A stretch of 64,000 nucleotides of DNA, taken from an uncultured delta proteobacterium. Its GTDB lineage: Bacteria > Desulfobacterota > RBG-13-43-22. Shown here one piece after another: positions 10,783 through 19,315 of the stretch. The notes under the pieces were generated by a model. That model searched no databases and had not been told where the DNA came from. It worked only from the letters and a program-made list of their open reading frames with translations. The stretch covers positions 288,001 to 352,000 of the forward strand of contig CAWJJC010000020.1 in NCBI GenBank assembly GCA_963843145.1. Direction: 5' to 3'. Numbering within the stretch: position 1 is the first letter of the stretch; every line of letters begins with the position of its first letter. Made by a program: the position numbers and the translations under genes.

Positions 10783-11274
10783 ATGAAGATAAATCCGGAT
10801 TTTGTTTCCCCCTGCGGCCTTTATTGCGGAGTTTGTGCTATTTATATGGCCCACCGGGATAACAATCTTAAATTCAAAGAGCGGTTGGTGAAACTGTATC
10901 AGGGAAAAGTATCCGGCAAGGGCACTCTTCCGAATAGTGAAAGCCTCTCCGTAGAAGATATTAAGTGCCATGGCTGTTTGTCCGATGAACGATTTATGCA
11001 TTGCCGCCAATGCGACATCAGGGAGTGCGCCCAGGGAAAAGGTTTCAGCGGATGCCATCAGTGCGAGGAATTTCCCTGCCAATACATCGACTATTTTCCC
11101 ATGACCGTCGGCAAAAAGGTTATTCTACGGGCTATTCCGTATTGGCGAGCGGTTGGTACTGAAAAATGGATTCAGGACGAAGAAGCCCGCTATGTTTGTC
11201 CGGAATGCGGCAATAGAGTCTTCCGGGGCGTTGTAAAATGCAATCAGTGTAAAGCGAAGTTGGATCTGGACTAG
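10783..11274 (+). CDS. DUF3795 Cys-rich protein
   Basis: SPCGLYCGVC, CHGC, C..C.IRECA...GCHQCEEFPC, C-terminal CPECG...C..C. Confidence 0.8.
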   Translation: MKINPDFVSPCGLYCGVCAIYMAHRDNNLKFKERLVKLYQGKVSGKGTLPNSESLSVEDIKCHGCLSDERFMHCRQCDIRECAQGKGFSGCHQCEEFPCQYIDYFPMTVGKKVILRAIPYWRAVGTEKWIQDEEARYVCPECGNRVFRGVVKCNQCKAKLDLD

Positions 11275-11410
11275 TTTTTTATTGGCAAGATACGACCTAT
11301 TATTACACCTGTAACCTCGTAACGTCCGCGTGAAGGCAGACGGTAAAAGCTATCGCTTTCCCCGCTATTTATCCTGGTCGTAAGGCCAATAACTTGAAAG
11401 GCTGAATCAA

Positions 11411-12625
11411 ATGAGCACTGAAAAACGAAAGCACTTTTTCATGGAAAATGAGCAGATGGACTTTGAAACCCAGATTCTCCTCGGTTGCTGCCAATACGGT
11501 GCGGCGGATGCCGGGGAAATTCTGGCGGCGGTTGACCGCATATCGTCGGGCGATTTTGAGCAATGGTATCAGTCCTGGTTTGCCCTGGCCGAGCGGTTGC
11601 AGGGAATAGCCGAACGGAGCGCCGCCTCAGGCAATACGGTGAGCGCGAGGAAGGCATTCTTGCGGGCCGCAACCTATTTTTCAGCATCGGCTATTTTTAT
11701 CGATGGGACCAAGTATCCGGCGAGAGGCCTACCGGCCTGGAAGCGACATCTGAACTGCTGGGAGCTGTTCTGTTCCTGCTTGACCCCACCGGCCGAGCTG
11801 GTCAGTATCCCCTACGAAGGACTCTCGTTACCTGGTTACTTATTCCTTCCCGTCCAATCTGGCGGCCCCTGGGCCACGATTATCTTTAATAACGGCAGTG
11901 ACGGCCCCACATCCGGGATGTGGACTTGCGGTGTAGCCGCGGCGCTGGAGCGGGGCTATGCCGCCCTGGTTTTTGACGGCCCCGGCCAGAATGCCCTGTT
12001 GTGGCTCCAGAATATTCCTTTCCGTCCTGATTGGGAAAAGGTCATCACACCGGTCGTAGACTTCCTCCTAAAGCGCGAAGACATCGACCCCAAGCGGATT
12101 GCCCTATCAGGAATAAGCCAGGCCGGCTACTGGGTCCTGCGCGCCCTGGCCTTCGAGCACCGGATCGCGGCCGGTATGGTCGACCCGGGGGTAATGGATG
12201 TTTCCGTGACCTTTTTTCGGGAACTCCCACCGGAAATGGGGGAACTGCTTGATGCCGGGGCCGAAAAGGAATTCAACGCCTTCATGGAGGAGGGTCTCCG
12301 GCAGGCCGGGGACGCAGTGCGCCAGAACGTTACCTGGCGGATGAAACCCTACCAGACCCGGAGCTTCTATCAAATGTTCAAGATGGTGCAGCAGTACAAC
12401 GCCCGGGACGTCATCCGGCAGATACAATGCCCCCTGTTCATCGCCGATCCCGAGGATGAGCAGTTCTGGCCCGGGCAGTCCCAAGAAGTCTATGACGCGC
12501 TGGTTTGCCCCAAGACCATCGTACGTTTCACCGCTGAAGAAGGAGCCAATTGGCATTGCGAGCCCAAGGCCCGCTCTCTTTACGACCAGCGCATGTTCGA
12601 TTGGCTGGCCAAGACGCTGCTCTAA
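11411..12625 (+). CDS. alpha/beta hydrolase (FrsA/DHPON-hydrolase-like)
   Basis: IPYEG..LPGYLF, NNGSDG, FDGPGQ, GISQAGYW, EGANWHCE. Confidence 0.8.
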   Translation: MSTEKRKHFFMENEQMDFETQILLGCCQYGAADAGEILAAVDRISSGDFEQWYQSWFALAERLQGIAERSAASGNTVSARKAFLRAATYFSASAIFIDGTKYPARGLPAWKRHLNCWELFCSCLTPPAELVSIPYEGLSLPGYLFLPVQSGGPWATIIFNNGSDGPTSGMWTCGVAAALERGYAALVFDGPGQNALLWLQNIPFRPDWEKVITPVVDFLLKREDIDPKRIALSGISQAGYWVLRALAFEHRIAAGMVDPGVMDVSVTFFRELPPEMGELLDAGAEKEFNAFMEEGLRQAGDAVRQNVTWRMKPYQTRSFYQMFKMVQQYNARDVIRQIQCPLFIADPEDEQFWPGQSQEVYDALVCPKTIVRFTAEEGANWHCEPKARSLYDQRMFDWLAKTLL

Positions 12626-12668
12626 TGATCTTGGCCATTGCCATCGTGATGATATTAGTGAGGGTCAA

Positions 12669-12950
12669 TTGACCTGGAAGAAGAAAATAATCGGAAATTT
12701 GCTCCTCCCTTCGCTGGCTCCGGCTCTGCTGGTCACCCTCTACTTCACCCCGAAGGATGTTTTTGGCTGCGCGAACCGTGGCTACCTGGCCTTGGTGGTT
12801 GTGTTCATTGCCCTGGGTGCCGCCGTTGGCACGGCAATTAAAGGGATTGGCAAAAAAAAACAGGGAAACACCGAGGAAGCCCAGTGGTGGATCGTTTCTA
12901 CCTTGATCCTGGTTTCGCCCTTGTTTCTTCTGGTCGGGCCACTGGGCTGA
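12669..12950 (+). CDS. small membrane protein (3 TM)
   Basis: Three hydrophobic segments; TTG start with GAGG upstream. Confidence 0.55.
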   Translation: MTWKKKIIGNLLLPSLAPALLVTLYFTPKDVFGCANRGYLALVVVFIALGAAVGTAIKGIGKKKQGNTEEAQWWIVSTLILVSPLFLLVGPLG

Positions 12951-13025
12951 GCAGGAGCATGAAGGCCGGTGATTCCAACCCCCTTCCGGATACTAAGGAC
13001 GTGATCCGATAATCAGGCACCGGGA

Positions 13026-13982
13026 CTACAGTGCCCGGCTCTGGAGGATCATCCACAGGTAAAACGCGGCGTAACTGCGCCAGCCGGCCCATCGTTCGGC
13101 GATTTCACGGGCGGCCTTCTCCGAGGGTCTCTCCGGCAGGCCCCGCAGTTCCTGCAAGGCCGCCTGCAACCCCAGGTCCCCGGCCGGGAAGATATCGGAG
13201 CGCCCCAGGCCACGCATCAAAACAATCTCCGCGGTCCAGCGGCCCACCCCCTTGATTTCGCACAGGCGCTTCAAGGCCTCTTCATCGGGGAGCCTCGCCC
13301 AGGCCAACCAATCGAGTTCGCCCTCCGCCGCCCGACGGGCGATGCCCAGAAGGTAGGCGGCTTTCTGCCTCGAGAGGCCTTGGGCACGCAAGCCCTCTTC
13401 ACCGGCCTCGATCAACTGCTGCGGCGAGGGGTAGAGACCGTAGTGCTCCTCTTCGCGGGAATCGGAGACAATGATTTGGGTCCCCAGATTCTCCATCAAC
13501 CGGTAGCGGATGGATTGGGCCGCCCGCACGCTGACCTGCTGCCCTATGACGGCGACCAGCAAGGCCTCGTACACATCGGGGGCCCGCACGATCCGCAGCC
13601 CCCCGAACCGCTTCCGAAGCGGGGCTAGGTCGGGATCCGCGGCCATGACCGCCAGGCGGCCCGCCGCGTCATCATCAAGACCCCATAAAAACCGGGTTTG
13701 CCTGGCGAGTTCATCGAGCAAAGAGGCCTTCGCCCGCCGGAGACGGGCGGCCTGACCCTGAAGGGAGACGAGGCGGAGGCCCATCGTACCCGCCCCGGTC
13801 AGGTCGAACTCGGCCACAACGGGAATACCGGCCAGCCGGAGGGCCCGTCGCAGGATGCGCTGGTCAACAAAACGGTAGGGTGCCCCGTAAGAAGAAGTGC
13901 GGACGTGGTGGAGCATCCACTCGACGTTGAAAGGTTCGGGCAGGGATAGGTGCCTGGAAGGCCCTTCTCGCGGGATCGACAT
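13026..13982 (-). CDS. alkA: DNA-3-methyladenine glycosylase II (HhH-GPD)
   Basis: VIGQQVSVRAA, GLSRQKA, IKGVGRWTAEIVLMRGLGRSDIFPAGDLGL, WRSYAAFYLW. Confidence 0.88.
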   Translation of the reverse strand: MSIPREGPSRHLSLPEPFNVEWMLHHVRTSSYGAPYRFVDQRILRRALRLAGIPVVAEFDLTGAGTMGLRLVSLQGQAARLRRAKASLLDELARQTRFLWGLDDDAAGRLAVMAADPDLAPLRKRFGGLRIVRAPDVYEALLVAVIGQQVSVRAAQSIRYRLMENLGTQIIVSDSREEEHYGLYPSPQQLIEAGEEGLRAQGLSRQKAAYLLGIARRAAEGELDWLAWARLPDEEALKRLCEIKGVGRWTAEIVLMRGLGRSDIFPAGDLGLQAALQELRGLPERPSEKAAREIAERWAGWRSYAAFYLWMILQSRAL

Positions 13983-14359
13983 GAAAGCAGCGCCTTTATT
14001 CCTCGCTAGGCTTACATGGGCATGAGCCGCTGTAGGCGTTGCAGTTCCTCTCCCAGCCACTCCGGGTGCTGGGCCGTGCCGTCGAATAACGAAGGGGTAG
14101 GAGTAACCTTCTAAATCGTTCGACCCGGCAGGGCAGGGATCCAATAATCATGGAGAGTAGGCAGCGGAGAAATAAATCCCCTTTCCTTTACTTATTTGGT
14201 AATCTTTGTTAGAGGGGCTGTCAAGGATCTTTTTGATCCGGCCGGGATTTCTCTGACCCCCAGGCCGGAGAGGAGCCCCGGGTGCTGTGGCCGGATCGGA
14301 GGATGAAGCCGCTCCCTCATGCCAACGTTTAAGTGGCCAAGACGACAGGAGGATGATGT

Positions 14360-14722
14360 ATGGCAATGTGGTCTTTGAACTACGACGGCAAGCAACTCGG
14401 TCCCCTGGACCAGGCCCCGGCGCAGGCGGGGCAGAATCCTCACGGTTACGCCTGGAGGGAAGGATTTAACTCCTGGGTTCCCATATCCACGGTGGATTTC
14501 GACATCCAGCAGGCTGGAGGGATAAAAACCGCCCTCTTCGGCGGTGAAGGTCTCTTCTTTGCCTCCCTGAGAGGACCCGGAAAGATCTGGCTCCAATCGC
14601 TGCCCTTCTCCCGACTGGCCGGCCGGATGCTTCAGGCCGCCCCGCAGAAAGGGGGTAGGAGAGAAGAAAGATCTATTCTGGGAAGCCTGGGCGGGTTGCT
14701 CGACGGCGATAATCGTTACTAG
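14360..14722 (+). pseudogene. GYF_2-domain / TIGR00266 (AIM24) protein with large in-frame internal deletion
   Basis: GYF_2-like [12 protein letters not shown]...[13 protein letters not shown] fused directly to the AIM24 C-terminus [43 protein letters not shown]. Confidence 0.7.
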
Positions 14723-14724
14723 AA

Positions 14725-15699
14725 ATGGAAGCATCGTATCTACACCTTTGGAAAACCGGGAGCTTTTCCGATCGGGTAAAAAAAGTCCGGGACCTTTTGG
14801 CTCCCTGCCGGTTGTGCCCTCGCGAATGCCGGGTGGATCGTCTCTCCGGCCAAACCGGGTTTTGCGGCCAAGGGACCGGGGCCCGGGTGGCCAAGGCCCT
14901 GCCCCATTTCGGGGAGGAACCGCCGTTGACGGGTGAACGGGGAGCCGGAACGGTTTTCTTTACCGGTTGTGCTCTCCGCTGCCTGTACTGTCAAAACTAT
15001 CAGATCAGTCAGGAAGGCCTGGGAGATGAAATATCCGCTGAGGCTCTGGCGAATATTTTCCTGAATCTGCAATACCGCGGCTGTCACAACCTGGACCTGG
15101 TCTCCCCTACCCCCCACTGGCCCTTTATCCTGGAGGCCCTGGATATCGCCATTCCCCGAGGGCTTACCTTACCGATCGTCTATAATACCCACGGCTATCT
15201 GTCACTCCCCCTGCTGAAATTGTTGGAGGGCATCGTCGATATCTACCTGCCGGATATGAAATACGGGACCGATGAAACGGCCGAACAACTTTCTCAGGCC
15301 CCCGGGTATACTAGCCTAAACCGGCAGGCCGTTTGCGAAATGTTCGCCCAGACCGGCCCCCTGAAAACAAATGGGGAGGGCCTGGCCTTCCAGGGGTTGC
15401 TGGTTCGGCACCTGGTGCTCCCGGGGAATCTTTCCGGCACCTCGGCCGTGCTCCAGGACTTGTTGGAAATCTCCCCGCGGATTCCACTCAGTCTCATGGC
15501 CCAATACCGGCCCATCCACCTGGCCGGGGATCATCCCCCGCTTTCCCGATCGCTCAATAAAAGGGAATATGAAAAGGCTTTGGATCTGGTCGAGAGATTT
15601 GGATTCGCGGAAGTGTTCATTCAGGATTTGGACAGTTCCGAGGTATACTTTCCTGATTTCAATCGGGAAGATCCTTTTCAAACAGCAGAAAGAAAGTAA
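14725..15699 (+). CDS. radical SAM protein, PflX family
   Basis: CRLCPRECRVDR, HFGEEPPL, GTVFFTGCALRCLYCQNYQIS, DIYLPDMKY, VRHLVLPG. Confidence 0.88.
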   Translation: MEASYLHLWKTGSFSDRVKKVRDLLAPCRLCPRECRVDRLSGQTGFCGQGTGARVAKALPHFGEEPPLTGERGAGTVFFTGCALRCLYCQNYQISQEGLGDEISAEALANIFLNLQYRGCHNLDLVSPTPHWPFILEALDIAIPRGLTLPIVYNTHGYLSLPLLKLLEGIVDIYLPDMKYGTDETAEQLSQAPGYTSLNRQAVCEMFAQTGPLKTNGEGLAFQGLLVRHLVLPGNLSGTSAVLQDLLEISPRIPLSLMAQYRPIHLAGDHPPLSRSLNKREYEKALDLVERFGFAEVFIQDLDSSEVYFPDFNREDPFQTAERK

Positions 15700-15785
15700 G
15701 TCGCTTCGCCCTTTTGGGTGGATACCTCCCATATCTGGTATGGTCGCCGGGTCTCGACGAAAGGGTTTTCCAAAGGAAAGTGTCT

Positions 15786-16424
15786 ATGAGCAACCAAGCG
15801 CCGATTTTCGAGGAAACGGTCCGAAATTACCTGAACCAAGCGGCTCGACTCGATCTGGGCCGAATTGCCGAGATCCTGGGTCTCCGGGTAGAACAGGGAG
15901 AAGCCTTCATCCCTTTTTTCAGCCGAGTCTACCGGGTCTCGCCCCGGGGGATTTTCAATCCTTCGGGCCTGGAACCCATGCATGCCGTCAGCGTAGTCCT
16001 TTTAAAATACCTCATCCTCTCACCCGGACAGGTTTCTCCGGGCGGAGAAGACTGGGTGTCCTACAAGGACTTCAAGGATGCTGCCCCTTTCGTAACCGGC
16101 TTTGTCAACAACAGCGAACGGGCCATCGCCCGGAACTTTACCAACCGCCTTAGTCCACTGCGGGCAGCGGCCGAACAACTGGGGGCGCTTCCCCCGGAAC
16201 TGGAATTGTCTTACCAGTTTTCCGCCCGTTTCGAGGCCCTGCCCCGGGTACCCCTCCTGCTGCTGTTCAACGACGAGGACGAGGACTTCCCGGCCCAATG
16301 CAGCCTGCTGTTTCAACGCCGGGCGGAAAAATTTCTGGACAGGGAATGCCTGGCTATCCTAGGGTGGCTATTGGCGGACTTTCTGATTCAGGGGGCCGGT
16401 TTGGGGCAACGAACGGTTATGTGA
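15786..16424 (+). CDS. DUF3786 domain protein
   Basis: WVSYKDFKDAAPF, ALPRVPLLLLFNDEDEDFPAQCSLLF, LDRECLA. Confidence 0.8.
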   Translation: MSNQAPIFEETVRNYLNQAARLDLGRIAEILGLRVEQGEAFIPFFSRVYRVSPRGIFNPSGLEPMHAVSVVLLKYLILSPGQVSPGGEDWVSYKDFKDAAPFVTGFVNNSERAIARNFTNRLSPLRAAAEQLGALPPELELSYQFSARFEALPRVPLLLLFNDEDEDFPAQCSLLFQRRAEKFLDRECLAILGWLLADFLIQGAGLGQRTVM

Positions 16425-16498
16425 GGGGACTTATGGTCAGGCCCCGCGGACTAGTGTCCGAAGGGAAAACGAAATAATATTAAGTTCTGAGGGGTGCG

Positions 16499-17710
16499 TT
16501 GAAACACAAAACCCGGGGAATTTTGGCGGTAACCGGTAGCGCGGCGGCTATCTTTTGGCCCGGGGCCTTCATCTTCGGGTACCCCGGGGTCATGGGCCCC
16601 TTGTGGCAGCAGCAGTTCGGCGTCGGCCGGGGGGCGGTCGGGAACACCCTCTTTTTTGTCCTGGCCGCCGTGGGCTTTTTTATGTTTTTCGTCGGCCGCT
16701 GGCAGGAGCATTGGGGCACCCGCAAATTGATCACGCTCGGCGCCCTGCTTTGCGGCCTGAATACCTTTCTGATCGCCTATGCCGACCGCCTCTGGCTGGT
16801 CTACCTCTGGGCTTTTCTCAACGGCGCCGCTTCTTGCTTTATTTATATCCCGGGCCTGACCACCGTGCAGCGCTGGTTCCCGGCCCGGAGGGGGTTGGTG
16901 TCCGGCATGGTCAACCTGGTTTTCGGTCTCTCGGCCGCAATCATGGCCCCCCTGTTCGGTAGCCTGCTACAACGCTGGGGATATGTTTCCATGAACCTGG
17001 TTCTGGGCTGGAGCGCACTCATTACGGGTCTGGCCTTTGCTCAGATGACTGAAGTACCGGAACGGGTTGAAAAACCTTCTGAAAGGACAGCGGAGGAGGG
17101 TCCAGAGCTAGTCCCCTTACCCGGTGCGGTGGTGTCCGTTCGGGAAGCCATCCGATCAGGATCTTTCTGGTTTCTATGGTTGACTTGGGCGCTGATGGGG
17201 GCGGCGGGTATCGCCATGGTCTCCCTGGCCGTCCCTTTCGGTCTTTCCCGAGGAGTTGGCCCCCCTTCGGCTGTGATAATCCTGACGGCCTTTAACCTAA
17301 CCAACGGCTTCAGCCGCCTGATCATGGGATATCTTTCCGATAAAATCAGCCGCACGTCCGGTATGAGTTTGACCTTCCTGGCGGCCGGGTGTGCTTATCT
17401 TCTGCTGCCGCACGTCAACGGATGGGGTACGGCGGCCCTTTTGGCCGCTGTTATCGGCTTCGCTTTCGGCACCCTCTTTGCGGTCTCCGCCCCCCTGGCC
17501 GTGGACTGCTTCGGGCTAAGACATTTCGGGGCCATCTTCGGTCTGGTCTTCACCGCCTACGGTTTCGTGGCCGGCCTGATCGGACCTTCCCTGAGCGGTT
17601 ACCTGTTGGACTCCAGTGGGGGCAACTTCTCACTGGTCTTTACCTATCTGGGTTGTTTCGCTTTGATCTCTTCCTTCCTCATTCGCCGCATAAAACCGCT
17701 CAAGGTTTAA
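16499..17710 (+). CDS. MFS transporter (OFA / oxalate:formate antiporter-like)
   Basis: About 12 TM; QRWFPARRGLVSG, NGFSRLIMGYLSDKISR, FGLRHFGAIFGLVFTAYG. Confidence 0.85.
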   Translation: MKHKTRGILAVTGSAAAIFWPGAFIFGYPGVMGPLWQQQFGVGRGAVGNTLFFVLAAVGFFMFFVGRWQEHWGTRKLITLGALLCGLNTFLIAYADRLWLVYLWAFLNGAASCFIYIPGLTTVQRWFPARRGLVSGMVNLVFGLSAAIMAPLFGSLLQRWGYVSMNLVLGWSALITGLAFAQMTEVPERVEKPSERTAEEGPELVPLPGAVVSVREAIRSGSFWFLWLTWALMGAAGIAMVSLAVPFGLSRGVGPPSAVIILTAFNLTNGFSRLIMGYLSDKISRTSGMSLTFLAAGCAYLLLPHVNGWGTAALLAAVIGFAFGTLFAVSAPLAVDCFGLRHFGAIFGLVFTAYGFVAGLIGPSLSGYLLDSSGGNFSLVFTYLGCFALISSFLIRRIKPLKV

Positions 17711-17777
17711 CCCTCTTCCGAACTATTTCGAAAAAAAAAGCTTTTCCGTTCTCCCCTCCGCCTACCCGCTGATTAAT

Positions 17778-17818
17778 TACAATAATGTAAATTTATAAAT
17801 TGTAATTACATTTTTGGA
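17778..17818. promoter_or_regulatory. tandem enhancer boxes (TAC-N6-GTA-like)
   Basis: TACAATAATGTA (17778) and TACATTTTTGGA (17807). Confidence 0.75.
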
Positions 17819-17897
17819 TTATATCTTCCGAGACCATCCCCGCCCACAAATCGAATAACCCATTGAATAATAGACATATAATTAACTTTCTCCTTTA

Positions 17898-17913
17898 TGG
17901 CACGATCCCTGCA
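17898..17913 (+). promoter_or_regulatory. sigma54 -24/-12 promoter of porin-PII-activator genes
   Basis: TGGCACGATCCCTGCA, GG-N10-GC; IHF-like TAACCCATTGAAT at 17856. Confidence 0.85.
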
Positions 17914-17997
17914 TTTTCTACCAATCAGCAAACGTTGGATCCGGATCCCCAACGACGTTTAAAAAAAATCTAAAGCAACCCTAAGGAGAAAAAGAAA

Positions 17998-18792
17998 ATG
18001 AGAAAACGTTTACTAAGCCTGATTATTTCGATGTTCATGCTGATGGCCTTTAGTCTGCCGGCCCTGGCCGAAGAAAAAAAGGAGGAGCCCAAGCCCTATT
18101 CCAGTGTTTCCGCCGGCTTCCTCAGCAAGTATGTCTGGCGGGGCTACGAATTGAGCAAGGACAGCCTGGTCATCCAACCCTCGATCACGGTTGGCTACCG
18201 GGGCTTTGAAGCCAACCTCTGGGGCAACCTGGACACCAATGACAAATTCACCGGGGCCGAAAAGGCCAAATGGAACGAGACGGACCTGACCTTGTCCTAT
18301 ACCCATGATCTGGGCCCGGTAAAACTGAGCGGCGGATATATCTACTATGCCCTCGAGGGGGTGGAGGACTCGCAGGAATTGTTCTTAAAGATTGGGGGGA
18401 ATTTCCTGCTCTCCCCCACCTTGTCCATTTATCGAGAAATCGCCAACTATCCGGGCTGGTACTTGAACTTGGGCGTCAGTCATTCCTTTAACCTGACCAA
18501 GGAAATCACCCTGGACCTGGGGGCCGGGATCGGCTACCAGATTTCCGATACCGACAAAATCCTGAAGTACGATTCCAATCGGCTGCCGACCGCCGACAAG
18601 TACAACGCCCTCCACGACGGAAATTTCTCGGTGGGGCTGACCGTTCCCTTCGGCAAGTATTTTTCGGTCAAACCGGTGATCAGCTACTCGGTGGCCCTGT
18701 CGGATGACGCCAAAAACCGCATCCGGGGCACCAGCCTGAGTGACAATAACGACTTTATTTACGGCGGAGTTATCCTGACCGCCGCCTTCTAG
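17998..18792 (+). CDS. outer-membrane beta-barrel, TorF / TIGR02001-like putative porin
   Basis: Signal peptide ending ALA, SKYVWRG motif, NETDLTLSY, terminal YGGVILTAAF with C-terminal Phe. Confidence 0.75.
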   Translation: MRKRLLSLIISMFMLMAFSLPALAEEKKEEPKPYSSVSAGFLSKYVWRGYELSKDSLVIQPSITVGYRGFEANLWGNLDTNDKFTGAEKAKWNETDLTLSYTHDLGPVKLSGGYIYYALEGVEDSQELFLKIGGNFLLSPTLSIYREIANYPGWYLNLGVSHSFNLTKEITLDLGAGIGYQISDTDKILKYDSNRLPTADKYNALHDGNFSVGLTVPFGKYFSVKPVISYSVALSDDAKNRIRGTSLSDNNDFIYGGVILTAAF

Positions 18793-18807
18793 AGGAGGCC
18801 GAACCGA

Positions 18808-18856
18808 AGGCCAGACCCTGGAAATTCTGTTTAAAAAACGGACCGGGGTCTGGCCT
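18808..18856 (+). terminator. intergenic stem-loop after the porin gene
   Basis: AGGCCAGACCCTGG...CCGGGGTCTGGCCT; no U-tract, so it may stabilise mRNA rather than terminate. Confidence 0.45.
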
Positions 18857-18948
18857 GTCTCAACCAAGCCTTTCGCCTTGAATCCTAAAGAAAAAACGAC
18901 ATTTTTAGCGATAATTAACAGGGCCGACGATTGGACCGGGAGAATGTC

Positions 18949-19305
18949 ATGTTTAAAAAAATAAAGGCCTTGATCGATCCCTTTCATCTGGATGAAGTCC
19001 AAGTCGCCCTGGAGGAATTGGGCGTTAAAGGGGTGATCATTTCTTCATGCAACGATTTCGCCCCACAGAAAGGTCCGGCGATGATTTTCCGAGGAAAAGA
19101 AAGGGCGACAGACTATTTATCCGCCATCAGGCTCGAAATGGTGGTGGATCAGGAAATGGCCCGGGAGGTCATAGAAACCATTCAAGAAGCCGATGGGGCC
19201 GGCTTGGACCAAGTGAATAGGATTTCTGTTCTGCCCATTGAAGAAGTGATTTCCCTGGAAACCTTTGGGGACGCGGAATATCACGGCTTAGGGGGAGGAA
19301 CGTAA
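18949..19305 (+). CDS. degenerate PII-family protein
   Basis: [26 protein letters not shown] and FRGKE recognisable; Tyr51 and the [10 protein letters not shown]-loop are lost. Confidence 0.75.
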   Translation: MFKKIKALIDPFHLDEVQVALEELGVKGVIISSCNDFAPQKGPAMIFRGKERATDYLSAIRLEMVVDQEMAREVIETIQEADGAGLDQVNRISVLPIEEVISLETFGDAEYHGLGGGT

Positions 19306-19315
19306 AGGGGCGCGG

